Numbered from the stretch's first letter, positions 1 to 8,434 are shown. The stretch is 64,000 nucleotides of DNA from Gemmatimonadota bacterium (GCA_009692205.1 SHZR01000004.1:48635-112634); one strand, 5' to 3'. The notes: a model not told the origin generated them from the sequence alone. Numbers and translations: made by a program.

Positions 1-413
1 CTCGCTCCGCCCTCGTCCCTCCACCGATCCCAGCCTCCGTTGAGCACGGCGACCGCGGCATGTCCGTAATGGTGGAGCGCCCACACGAGTCGGGACGCGG
101 CCAGCCCCCACTGATCGTCGTATGCCACGACGGCATCCCCATGGGAGATGCCCAGCCGGGCCATGAGGGCGCTGAACTCGACGGTCGGCAGTAGGACGTT
201 GTCGCACCCGGCGACGTGCGATCCTAGCGCGCTGAGATCCAACCGCACCGCCCCCGGAATGTGCCCGCCCGCGTGCGCGTCGGCGTCCCGGAGATCGACC
301 GTGCGGAGGCGCGGATGGCCCAGGTGCTCCCGCAGCCACGACGGGTCGACGAGCAGCCCCGGCAGGGTCGGGGCTGCGGGGCGCGCCTCCTGAGACTCGG
401 GCCGGGTGCTCAA
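1..413 (-). CDS. Rhodanese-domain sulfurtransferase, N-terminal part (3' end runs off the window)
   Basis: Not in the ORF track because there is no stop inside the window. The reverse complement of 1-413 is open from TTG (411-413). It reads LSTRPESQEARPAAPTLPGLLVDPSWLREHLGHPRLRTVDLRDADAHAGGHIPGAVRLDL...VVAYDDQWGLAASRLVWALHHYGHAAVAVLNGGWDRWRDEGG, which matches the N-terminal rhodanese domain pattern of thiosulfate/3-mercaptopyruvate sulfurtransferases. The start codon is uncertain. Confidence 0.7.
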   Translation of the reverse strand, partial: MSTRPESQEARPAAPTLPGLLVDPSWLREHLGHPRLRTVDLRDADAHAGGHIPGAVRLDLSALGSHVAGCDNVLLPTVEFSALMARLGISHGDAVVAYDDQWGLAASRLVWALHHYGHAAVAVLNGGWDRWRDEGGA

Positions 414-508
414 ACGGTAGCCTCTTGGGTCGGACGACTCGTTCCGGGGCCCAATCTGACGGCGGATCGTCGGCCGCGCACCTTGCCTGTCCAGGCGGGT
501 TCCTGTTC

Positions 509-528
509 TATCGTACTCACGATATACT
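509..528 (+). promoter_or_regulatory. Candidate antitoxin operator / -10 element upstream of vapB
   Basis: Perfect inverted repeat TATCGT-actc-ACGATA (509-524) overlaps a TATACT hexamer (523-528). It lies only 7 nt before the ATG at 535. No convincing -35 element was seen. Confidence 0.35.
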
Positions 529-534
529 CACTTC

Positions 535-948
535 ATGAGCATGCGACTGCAGGTCGTGATGGGCGAAGGCGAATACGGCGAGATCAGGGCGGCGGCAGAG
601 CGCCGGCGGATGAACGTGTCCGAGTGGGTCCGCATCGTCCTGCGGGACGCCCGGGAGCGGGATGCGCGAGCGAAGGCACCCGCCGTCCGGGAAGGCCGGC
701 CTCCGTATGGTGAGGCCCGGACGCCGTTCCCCGGTCGCGTGCGTATCGAGTTAGATGTGAAGGAAGACCTGCTCGAGGCGGTGCGCGAGCGGTACCACCT
801 CTCGAGCCCGCGCGCCGCCGTCGAGTACGCGCTCGCTCGCGCCGCGGTGCGGCCGATGTCCAAGGACGAGGCCCTCGCGATGCAGGGTGCGGGCTGGGAA
901 GGGAATCTCGACACGTTGCGTTCGGGAGATCCAGGCGCTGCCTGGTGA
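535..948 (+). CDS. vapB: Type II antitoxin with two ribbon-helix-helix-like modules (CopG-like N-terminus plus VapB-like C-terminus)
   Basis: The N-terminal MRLQVVMGEGEYGEIRAAAERRRMNVSEWVRIVLRDARE looks like a CopG/RHH antitoxin. Residues from VRIELDVKEDLLEAVRERYHLSSPRAAVEYALARAA...GAGWEGNLDTLR look like a canonical VapB. An in-frame GTG at 739 could start a short canonical form. The stop overlaps the vapC ATG (ATGA at 945-948). Confidence 0.75.
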   Translation: MSMRLQVVMGEGEYGEIRAAAERRRMNVSEWVRIVLRDARERDARAKAPAVREGRPPYGEARTPFPGRVRIELDVKEDLLEAVRERYHLSSPRAAVEYALARAAVRPMSKDEALAMQGAGWEGNLDTLRSGDPGAAW

Positions 949-1340
949 TCGTCGACACTTCGGCATGGGTCGAGTACCTGAGGGCGACGGGGAGCTCCGT
1001 TCACCTCGAACTGCGCGCCCGCATCGAAGCCGGAGAGCCCCTGGCGACACCCGCTCCTGTGGTGATGGAGCTTCTCGCCGGGTGCAGAAGCGAGGATGCC
1101 GCCGAGGACCTGCGCCGTCTGCTCGCCCGGTTCGAGATCCTCGAGGTCGAGGGCATCGCGGACTTCGAGGACGCGGCGCTCATCCAGCGAGTGTGCCGAC
1201 GTGGTGGTGAGACGGTGCGTTCCATGGTGGACTGCTTGATCGGCGCCATCGCCCTCCGGGAGCGCCGCCCCCTGCTAGCCCTGGATCGCGACTTCGATCT
1301 CATCGCTCGGCACGTGAGCCTCGACCTGGTCAACCGGTAG
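945..1340 (+). CDS. vapC: PIN-domain ribonuclease toxin VapC
   Basis: MIVDTSAWVEYL...VVMELLAG...DCLIGAIALRERRPLLALDRDFDLI is the typical VapC layout with acidic PIN residues. Translationally coupled to the upstream antitoxin. Confidence 0.85.
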   Translation: MIVDTSAWVEYLRATGSSVHLELRARIEAGEPLATPAPVVMELLAGCRSEDAAEDLRRLLARFEILEVEGIADFEDAALIQRVCRRGGETVRSMVDCLIGAIALRERRPLLALDRDFDLIARHVSLDLVNR

Positions 1341-1402
1341 CCTGTCCACGGGCCGCGCTTCGACGTAGAATCAACTCCGCGGGCGGCAACCAGGGAGGAG
1401 CC

Positions 1403-2164
1403 ATGACGCGAACGACACGGAAGAGCATCCCTCGGCGAGGCGCTCTCGTGGCCACCGCGGCCGCGCTCTTTGCCGTCACGATGGCGGTCGATGGCGCCTT
1501 CGGTGGACTCGCCGCCCAGGACGAAGAGGTGGTCGTTCCCGATCTCATGGGCATTTGGGACGGCGGCGCGCGCGTGCGTCCCATCAATGGCCCCAACCAG
1601 CCCTGGACGGCCCAGAACTTCCCGGTGCTCAACGAGCGCGGGCTCGCCTACCAATCAGTCTTCGACGAAGCGATCGCGCCGAAGTACGACTGCGTAGCGT
1701 CGGTGTCACCCGCGCTCCAGTACGACCCCTACTTCATGGAGGTCGTGCAGTGGCCGGACCGGGTGCTGCTCCGCTACGAGAAGGATGACCAGCTGCGCAC
1801 CGTGTGGCTGGATGGGCGCCCGGCGCCCCTCAACGAATACAGCGCCCAGGGCTTCTCGGTCGGCCGCTACGAGGGCGACGCTCTGCTCGTCGAGACCACG
1901 CAATTCCTCTTCGACATCACAGGCTTCGACGACTACAACGGGATCCCCTCGTCTCAGCTCAAGAGGGTGACGGAGCGATACTGGCGGGAGGGCGACGAGC
2001 TGCGCATGACGCTGACCGTCGAGGACCCGCTGTTCCTGAGGGAGCCCGCATCGTACACGACGCGGTGGGTGCCCGCCCCCGCGGGGTACAAGCTCGGCCC
2101 GTGGGAGTGCGACGCATACGATGCACGTCGTGCCGTGCGATTCATGGTTCCGAGGTACAACTAG
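1403..2164 (+). CDS. Exported hypothetical protein
   Basis: GGGAGGAG Shine-Dalgarno motif just upstream. N-terminal RRGALVATAAALFAV signal-like segment. Normal amino-acid composition, whereas the overlapping ORFs are Arg-rich. No family recognised. Confidence 0.7.
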   Translation: MTRTTRKSIPRRGALVATAAALFAVTMAVDGAFGGLAAQDEEVVVPDLMGIWDGGARVRPINGPNQPWTAQNFPVLNERGLAYQSVFDEAIAPKYDCVASVSPALQYDPYFMEVVQWPDRVLLRYEKDDQLRTVWLDGRPAPLNEYSAQGFSVGRYEGDALLVETTQFLFDITGFDDYNGIPSSQLKRVTERYWREGDELRMTLTVEDPLFLREPASYTTRWVPAPAGYKLGPWECDAYDARRAVRFMVPRYN

Positions 2165-2191
2165 GTTTTGCTAGGCATAAGGAGGCGCCCA

Positions 2192-2581
2192 ATGAAACGC
2201 ATTCTCTGGATCTCTTCGCTCGTCGCGGTCGCTGCCGTCGGACTCGTGATGACGCGCCTTCCCGCGATGGCGCACCACAGCAGTGCACCGTTCTACGACG
2301 ATACGAAGAGCGTGGATGCGGTGGGCACGGTGGAGCGGTTCCTCTTCCGCAATCCGCACTCCTTCATCTTCATCCGTGGCGACAACGGCAGTGGTCAGAC
2401 CGTCGAGTGGGAGGTCGAGCTCGGTGCAGCCGTGAGCATGCGGCGCAGCGGATGGACTCCCGAGACGATCAAGGCGGGAGATCCCATCAAGGCCACGGGC
2501 CAGCCGTCCCGGGCACCCGGAACGTTCGGTATGTGCTGCGCTCAACTGTCCCGGCCCGACGGGAGCCCCATCCGGCCGTAG
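2192..2581 (+). CDS. Small exported protein (resembles the DUF6152 family, from memory)
   Basis: AAGGAGG lies 7 nt before the ATG at 2192. Signal peptide KRILWISSLVAVAAVGLVM...AMA is followed by HHSSAPFYD...GTVERFLFRNPHSFIF. The ORF-track start at 2168 is less likely. Confidence 0.7.
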   Translation: MKRILWISSLVAVAAVGLVMTRLPAMAHHSSAPFYDDTKSVDAVGTVERFLFRNPHSFIFIRGDNGSGQTVEWEVELGAAVSMRRSGWTPETIKAGDPIKATGQPSRAPGTFGMCCAQLSRPDGSPIRP

Positions 2582-2607
2582 TCGAGACCGCGCGGCTCGT
2601 AGTTCGT

Positions 2608-3168
2608 TTAGTTCGTCGCGGAGTCGGGGCTCGCGAGCCCCGGGTACCAGTAGCGCAAGTGGCAGTTCTCGCACGTGAGGTCCAGCTGGTCGCCGGCGAC
2701 GAGTAGCGCGTCGACGTCCCGGCGGTCGATCGCGTCGAGGACGACGAGCCCGCTCTCGTGTAGCGCTCCGACGAACTGATTCCATGCGGGCCGGTCCGCC
2801 GAGAGAAGCGCCTCGATCTCCTCGGGCTCCAGATCGACCCCGGGCATCTCGGACCGCGAGCCGGGCACGGCCACGCGCCGGCCCTCCATCAAGAGGAGGT
2901 TGGTCGCCTCCACCAGCGTCATGGCGTGGCGACGCAAGGTGGCCCAGTCCTCGTCGCTGGTCGGCACTCTTTCGATGGTGCCCAGCGGGCCGACCTCGAT
3001 CACCACCGCGTCCCAGACGGCGTCCGCCGCGGGATCGACGATGTAGCGCATAACCTCTTCGATCGCGGCGGTCGTCCGGAACTCCGAGGGCGGCGGCGGC
3101 GCCTCGTCCGCACACGCGGCCGAGGCCGCGGCGAGACAGAGGACGAGTGCGCCGCGCCTCACGTTCAC
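2608..3168 (-). CDS. Cytochrome c'-like (class II, C-terminal CxxCH) lipoprotein
   Basis: GTG at 3166-3168 gives VNVRRGALVLCLAAASAAC (lipobox). The single haem motif CENCH sits about 15 residues from the C-terminus, as in four-helix-bundle class II cytochromes. Only 1 nt separates this start from the upstream gene's stop (3170-3172). The ORF-track M at 3264 would overlap the upstream gene. Confidence 0.55.
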   Translation of the reverse strand: MNVRRGALVLCLAAASAACADEAPPPPSEFRTTAAIEEVMRYIVDPAADAVWDAVVIEVGPLGTIERVPTSDEDWATLRRHAMTLVEATNLLLMEGRRVAVPGSRSEMPGVDLEPEEIEALLSADRPAWNQFVGALHESGLVVLDAIDRRDVDALLVAGDQLDLTCENCHLRYWYPGLASPDSATN

Positions 3169-3169
3169 T

Positions 3170-4294
3170 CTATCGCTGCGCCCAGGGCGGCCTGATGAGC
3201 AGCGCCGGGTCCGCGCCCGCGCGCGGCACGAACTTCTGCGTGCGCCCGTACTGGTTGTCGCCACCGTAGAGGGTTCCCTCGGAGTCCACGGTGAACGTGT
3301 GCACCTCGAGGTAGCCGTCCGGCAATTCGCGCGGCACCATCCACGTGTAGAGCGAGTTGCCCTCGAAGTCGAGCTTGATGAAGCGGAGCGGGCCGAGGTC
3401 CGTCACCCAGAGGGCATCTTCGTTGACGATGATGTCGAGCGGGAGTTGGAAGCCGTCCCACACGTCCACGAAGTCGAGCGTCCGCAGATTGCTCGTCGTC
3501 CGGAAGACATTGATGCGCCCGCCGGAGCGGTCGAGGGCGAAGACGAGCCCACGCGGCCCAATGCCCAGCGCGTGCACGCCGTTGAACTGACCCGGGCCCT
3601 CTCCGAAGCTGCCGACCTCGCCGAGGTAGTTGGCGTCGCGATCCATGATCATCACACGATGGTTGTCGAGCCCGTCGGCGATGAGGATCCTGCCGTCAGG
3701 CAGGAACGCCACGTCCTGCGGGCGCGCGAAGTGCGTGCCGTCGGTGCCCGGAACGTTTTTCTCACCGAGCGTCTTCAGTAGCCGGCTGCCGTCGTTGGAG
3801 AAGACGTAGATCTGACTGAACGTCTCATTGATGACCCAGACGCGGCGCTCCGGGTCGTAGGGGCTGATGCGGATGCGATGCGGTCCCGGGCCGGCCGACC
3901 CCTCGCAGAGGTGATCCCACTGCGTCCAGAGCTCCTTGACCATCCCGTTCCGATCGAGCGTGTAGAGGCAGTTGCGCCACACGCGCCCGTCGATCGCATT
4001 GAGCACGTTGACGCCGATCGTGCCCGCGTGCTGGCTGAACTCGGCGGGCACCGGATTCGGGAGGCGGTACTCGCCCCGCATCGCGACGAAGATCCGGTCG
4101 GGCGACTCCGCGAAGATTCCCGAGTTGCCGCCGAACGCGTATCCGGGTTGCTGGAACGGCTTGTGCCAGGCACGAACCACATCGTAGGGGCTCGGTCCGA
4201 CGGGGCCCGAGACCACCGCCTGAGCGAGCGCGGTCGACGGGGCCGCGATGAGTAGGGTGAGGGCGACCGACTTCGCTACGGTTCCGATCGGCAT
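3170..4294 (-). CDS. Exported NHL-repeat six-bladed beta-propeller, PAL-like (peptidyl-alpha-hydroxyglycine alpha-amidating lyase-like)
   Basis: Signal peptide MPIGTVAKSVALTLLIAAPSTALAQA. NHL repeats are present (HFARPQDVAFLPDGRILIADGLDNHRVMIMD, GPGQFNGVHALGIGPRGLVFALDRSGGRINVF, LEVHTFTVDSEGTLYGGDNQYGRTQKF). Three His in PH/VH contexts and DR..GRI line up with my memory of the PAL catalytic core. Confidence 0.8.
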   Translation of the reverse strand: MPIGTVAKSVALTLLIAAPSTALAQAVVSGPVGPSPYDVVRAWHKPFQQPGYAFGGNSGIFAESPDRIFVAMRGEYRLPNPVPAEFSQHAGTIGVNVLNAIDGRVWRNCLYTLDRNGMVKELWTQWDHLCEGSAGPGPHRIRISPYDPERRVWVINETFSQIYVFSNDGSRLLKTLGEKNVPGTDGTHFARPQDVAFLPDGRILIADGLDNHRVMIMDRDANYLGEVGSFGEGPGQFNGVHALGIGPRGLVFALDRSGGRINVFRTTSNLRTLDFVDVWDGFQLPLDIIVNEDALWVTDLGPLRFIKLDFEGNSLYTWMVPRELPDGYLEVHTFTVDSEGTLYGGDNQYGRTQKFVPRAGADPALLIRPPWAQR

Positions 4295-4453
4295 GGCTGA
4301 GATGCGCTCCGCGGGAGGACTGTTCCGACCTTGTTTCTACTAGGAATTCGGCCGGCGCGCAAACACCCCCCGGCCGTGCGGTGTCTTGTGAGGGCGTGGC
4401 CTGCGGGTGATTCTGCGTCGGCGGCGTTCGCTCACTACCGGGACCAAAGCGTG

Positions 4454-7288
4454 ATGCAAGACTCTGCCCCTTTCGTCGAGGTGAGCGGACCCAGGCCATT
4501 CGTCTTGGTGCTGCTCGTCCTTCTCGGCTGCGCGGCCGGTTCGCCGACCCCGGCCGCGTCGCAGCAGGCCCAGATCGCGGACGCCGTTCTCCGCACGTTC
4601 GCTTCCCTGAGCGCCGGGGACGAGGAGGCATTGCGCGGGGAGTACATGCCGGACGCCCGGATCTTCGTGGAGTACGACGCACTGCTCGAGCTCGGCATCG
4701 ACGAGTGGCTGGTGTTGGGCCGGGGGACCGACTGGCGGCCGGAGGAGATCGAGAGCCAGGTGCTCGGGAGGACCGCGGTCACCGTCGCCCAAGTGACAGG
4801 GGCGCTCCGTCTTCCGAACGGCGTGCTGCTCGAAGGCACCTTCCGTTACTCGGAGACGCGCATGAGGAGTGGCGGCAGGTGGAGAATCCTCCAACAGGAG
4901 ATCTCGCCACTCGACAGGACCTTCGCCGGAGCCCCTGCTCCCGCCCCCGTTGCCTCTCTTCCGCCGGAGGCTGCGCCGGCAACGCCGTCAGGCCCGCCGG
5001 CACGGGTTGCGGCTTCGCAGGGCACGGCGCCGCTCGAGATCGACGATCCACCACCGCCCGGGGAGGGCGCCGCGATCAACCAAGCCGGCAGGGACGGCGC
5101 GACCGTGCGCGCGTTCCGGCTCGACGAGCCCCTCGACATCGACGGCGTCATCGACGAGCCGTTCTACCAGCGTGTTCCGGCCATCAGGGAGTTCGTCCAA
5201 GGCGTGCCCGTCGAGTACGCCGAGCCGACCGAGCTGACGGAGGCCTGGATCTCCTTCGACGACGAGAACGTGTACGTGTCGGCGAAGGTGTGGAACAGCT
5301 CCGGACCCGACGGCTGGATCGCCAACGAGATGCGGCGCGATGCTGCCCAGCTCCGCGCCAACGACCACCTCGCCGTCTTCTTCGACACATACTACGACCG
5401 CCGCAACGCCGTGGGTCTCAGTGTCTCCCCGATTGGAGGGTTCACCGACTTCCAGATCACGAACGAGGGGAACCCCAACATGGATTGGAACCCCATCTGG
5501 GTATCCCGCACCGCACTCTTCGATGGTGGCTGGTCGGTCGAGATGGCGGTTCCCTTCAAGTCTCTCCGCTACCGGCCGGGGCGTGACCAGGTGTGGGGCG
5601 TGCAGTTCCGCCGCTCGGTCCTGACCAAGAACGAGTGGATCTACATGCGCGCCCTCCCGATCTCGGTGGGCGGCAACGGCCCTGCCGGGACGTTCCGCGT
5701 CTCCATGTACGCAACGCTCGTGGGGATCGAGGCCCCGGTGTCGAGCCGGAATCTGGAGGTGAAGCCCTACGGCATCGCAGGCTCGCGCACCGACGTGACT
5801 GCCTCGCCGCAGGACGACAGCTACGCCGATGGTGGGCTCGACGTGAAGTACGGCATCACGGAAAACCTCACGGCCGACTTCACGGTCAACACCGACTTCG
5901 CTCAGGTCGAGGTCGACGAGCAGCAGGTGAACCTCACGCGCTTCAACCTGTCGTTTCCCGAGAAGCGGGAGTTCTTCCTCGAGAGCCGCGGCGTCTTCGA
6001 CTTCGGCCTCAGCGCGGGTGGTGGCGGATTTGGTGGTGGTGGCGGCGGCGGTGGCGGAGGGGGTGGAGGCGCCCCGACGCTCTTCTACAGCCGGAACATC
6101 GGACTCGAAAACGGCCGAACCGTGCCCATCCTCGGGGGTGGGCGTGTGACGGGGAAGGTCGGCTCGTTCGACGTGGGTCTGATGAGCATCCAAACGGGCG
6201 ACGAGTCCAGCGTCGGGGCAAAATCCACGAACTTCTCCGTCGCGCGGCTACGCCGCGACCTCTTTGGCCGGAGCACGGTGGGCGCGCTCTTCGAGAACCG
6301 GTCTAGGTCGTCCACAGGCCCGGGCTCGAACTACGCATGGGGCGTCGACGGCTTCTTCGGTCTGACCGAGAACCTGAGCCTGCTCGGGTACTTCGCGAAG
6401 TCGCGCACCGAGAGCTCGAGTGGCCTCGAGGACAGCTATCGGGGGCGCGTCGCATACGACAACGATCTCTTTGGTGTGAACGTCGATCACCTCGTCGTCG
6501 GTGCGGCGTTCAACCCGGAGATCGGGTTCGTGCGGCGGGACGACTTCCGCCAGACGTCGGCCTCCATGCGGCTGAGCCCGCGTCCGCAGTCGATCTCCTG
6601 GATCCGGCAGGTCACCCTGTCCTCCAACGGCACGTACGTCGAGAGCGAGGCGTCCGGCCTCGTCGAGAGCTGGGACGCCGGCGGGCAGCTGAGCGTGCTG
6701 TTCGAGAACAGCGACAACTTCAGCGCCGGCTTCGGACACAGCTACGAAAACCTCATCGCGAACGCGCGCATCTCGGGGGCTACGGTTCCGGCGGGCCGAT
6801 ACTCCTTCAACGAGGCGCAGGCGAGCTTCCGCCTGGGTCCGCAGCGCTTCTTCTCGGCCAACGTGTCGGCGAGCTACGGCCACTACTACGGCGGCACCAT
6901 CACCTCCGCCGGGCTCGGCGGCGGGCGCATCGAAGTCACGCCCCAGATCTCGGTGGAGCCGGGCGTATCGTTCAACTGGATCCACCTTCCGAACGCGCTC
7001 GTGCCTGGGCGCTTCGATCAGCACGTCGCGGTCACGCGCGTCACCTACACGATGTCGCCACGCGCGTACGTCAGTGGCCTCGTGCAGTACGCATTCGCCC
7101 GCAACGACGCCGGGTCGGGGGGGAACGACACCTTCAGCGCCAACTTCCGCTTCCGCTGGGAGTGGGCCCCTGGCAGCGAGCTCTTCCTCGTCTACACCGA
7201 GGATCGCAATCCCGACGTGCTGGACCGGTGGTCGACGCTCCGGAACCGCGGCTTCGTGATCAAGGTCAACCGCCTCCTCAGGATCTGA
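4454..7288 (+). CDS. Exported CBM9-like / DUF5916-like large protein with extra N-terminal SnoaL/DUF4440-like domain
   Basis: The ATG at 4454 (or GTG at 4451) precedes the hydrophobic PFVLVLLVLLGCAAG segment. The central and C-terminal regions share DFAQVEVDEQQVNLTRFNLSFPEKREFFLE with the paralogue at 33027-35237. The ORF-track start at 4331 is probably too far upstream. Confidence 0.75.
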   Translation: MQDSAPFVEVSGPRPFVLVLLVLLGCAAGSPTPAASQQAQIADAVLRTFASLSAGDEEALRGEYMPDARIFVEYDALLELGIDEWLVLGRGTDWRPEEIESQVLGRTAVTVAQVTGALRLPNGVLLEGTFRYSETRMRSGGRWRILQQEISPLDRTFAGAPAPAPVASLPPEAAPATPSGPPARVAASQGTAPLEIDDPPPPGEGAAINQAGRDGATVRAFRLDEPLDIDGVIDEPFYQRVPAIREFVQGVPVEYAEPTELTEAWISFDDENVYVSAKVWNSSGPDGWIANEMRRDAAQLRANDHLAVFFDTYYDRRNAVGLSVSPIGGFTDFQITNEGNPNMDWNPIWVSRTALFDGGWSVEMAVPFKSLRYRPGRDQVWGVQFRRSVLTKNEWIYMRALPISVGGNGPAGTFRVSMYATLVGIEAPVSSRNLEVKPYGIAGSRTDVTASPQDDSYADGGLDVKYGITENLTADFTVNTDFAQVEVDEQQVNLTRFNLSFPEKREFFLESRGVFDFGLSAGGGGFGGGGGGGGGGGGGAPTLFYSRNIGLENGRTVPILGGGRVTGKVGSFDVGLMSIQTGDESSVGAKSTNFSVARLRRDLFGRSTVGALFENRSRSSTGPGSNYAWGVDGFFGLTENLSLLGYFAKSRTESSSGLEDSYRGRVAYDNDLFGVNVDHLVVGAAFNPEIGFVRRDDFRQTSASMRLSPRPQSISWIRQVTLSSNGTYVESEASGLVESWDAGGQLSVLFENSDNFSAGFGHSYENLIANARISGATVPAGRYSFNEAQASFRLGPQRFFSANVSASYGHYYGGTITSAGLGGGRIEVTPQISVEPGVSFNWIHLPNALVPGRFDQHVAVTRVTYTMSPRAYVSGLVQYAFARNDAGSGGNDTFSANFRFRWEWAPGSELFLVYTEDRNPDVLDRWSTLRNRGFVIKVNRLLRI
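6017..6070 (+). repeat. GGN trinucleotide tract encoding GGGGFGGGGGGGGGGGGG
   Basis: Codons 6017-6070 are ggt/ggc/gga/ggg except for one ttt. The equivalent position in the paralogue (33027-35237) has an ordinary loop (NVGSATSQNRIV). Confidence 0.9.
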
Positions 7289-7304
7289 CGAGCCCCGCCC
7301 CCGC

Positions 7305-7337
7305 CCGTTTCCAGGGAACTTCCCCAGCCGGAAACGG
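7305..7337 (+). terminator. Hairpin between the DUF5916-like gene and metA
   Basis: CCGTTTCC (7305-7312) pairs with GGAAACGG (7330-7337), followed by ttctccctc. There is no clean U-tract, so function is uncertain. Confidence 0.3.
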
Positions 7338-7348
7338 TTCTCCCTCGC

Positions 7349-8428
7349 ATGCCTCTCGTTGCACACTCCGGCCTTCCCACGTTCGAGCACCTGCGCACGC
7401 AGGGGCACGAGCTACTGTCGCTCGACCGCGCGGTCCACCAGGACATTCGCGAGCTCCACATCGGCTTCCTGAACATGATGCCCGACGCCGCGCTGGAGGC
7501 CACCGAGCGTCAATTCATCCGGCTCGTGGGGAGCTGCAACCGCATCGCGCAGTTCTTCGTGTACCCGTTCTCGCTCCCCGGGCTGTCGCGCAGCCCCGAG
7601 ACGCTGGAGTACATCGAGCGCTACTACAGCAAGTTCCCGGATCTCCGCGAGCAGGGCCTGGACGCGCTGATCATCACCGGCGCCAACGTCGCCACCCCGG
7701 ACCTGACGCAGGAGGCGTTCTGGAAGCCGTTCATCGAGGTGGTCGACTGGGCGCAGCACAACGTGACCTCGATGCTGTGCTCGTGCCTGGCGACGCACGC
7801 GCTGCTCAAGCACTTCCACGGCATCGAGCGGCAGCCTATGCCCAGGAAGCGGTGGGGCGTGTACAGCCATCGGGTCGGTGATCCGCAGCACCCGCTGCTG
7901 CGCGAGATCAACACGCGCTTCGACGTCCCGCACTCGCGCTACAACGACATCTCGCGGGCCCAGCTCGAGGCCGCTGGGCTCGAGGTGCTCGCCGAGAGCG
8001 AGGAGGGCGGGGTGCACATGGCGGCGAGCCCCGACCAGTTCCGCATCATCTACTTCCAGGGCCACCCCGAGTACGACGTCAACAGCCTGCTCAAGGAGTA
8101 CAAGCGCGAGGTGCATCGATACCTCGCAGGTGAGCTACCGGCGCCGCCTCCCTATCCGGAGCACTACTTCTCGAAGCGCGCCGCCGAGCTCGCGTCCGGG
8201 TGGGTCCAGGCGGCGACGCGGGCCCGGGACGCCGGCAAGCCCGTGCCCGAGATGCCGGAGCGCGCCATCGAGGTGGAGCTCGACAACACGTGGGGCGACA
8301 CCGCCAAGGCCATCGTGAACAACTGGCTCGGCCTCGTCTACCAGTTCACGAACCTCGAGCGCAAGAAGCAGTTCATGCCGGGGGTGGATCCGAACGATCC
8401 GCTGGGGCTGGCGAAGAAGCGGGGCTGA
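7349..8428 (+). CDS. metA: Homoserine O-acyltransferase (MetA family)
   Basis: IRELHIGFLNMMPDAALEATERQFIRLVG, DALIITGANV, HVTSMLCSCLATHA and VPHSRYNDI...FQGHPEYD align with the E. coli MetA pattern. Succinyl versus acetyl specificity is not decidable from the sequence. Confidence 0.85.
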   Translation: MPLVAHSGLPTFEHLRTQGHELLSLDRAVHQDIRELHIGFLNMMPDAALEATERQFIRLVGSCNRIAQFFVYPFSLPGLSRSPETLEYIERYYSKFPDLREQGLDALIITGANVATPDLTQEAFWKPFIEVVDWAQHNVTSMLCSCLATHALLKHFHGIERQPMPRKRWGVYSHRVGDPQHPLLREINTRFDVPHSRYNDISRAQLEAAGLEVLAESEEGGVHMAASPDQFRIIYFQGHPEYDVNSLLKEYKREVHRYLAGELPAPPPYPEHYFSKRAAELASGWVQAATRARDAGKPVPEMPERAIEVELDNTWGDTAKAIVNNWLGLVYQFTNLERKKQFMPGVDPNDPLGLAKKRG

Positions 8429-8434
8429 GGGGCG

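Noticed and set aside
7289-7348. Possible SAM or other riboswitch upstream of metA
   Set aside because: Only 60 nt are available, holding a single simple hairpin. That is far too short for any SAM riboswitch class, and no conserved core motifs were seen.
6337-7881. 514-aa plus-strand ORF bridging the DUF5916-like gene and metA
   Set aside because: It is off-frame to both recognisable genes and very Arg-rich, and it would cross a hairpin-containing intergenic region.
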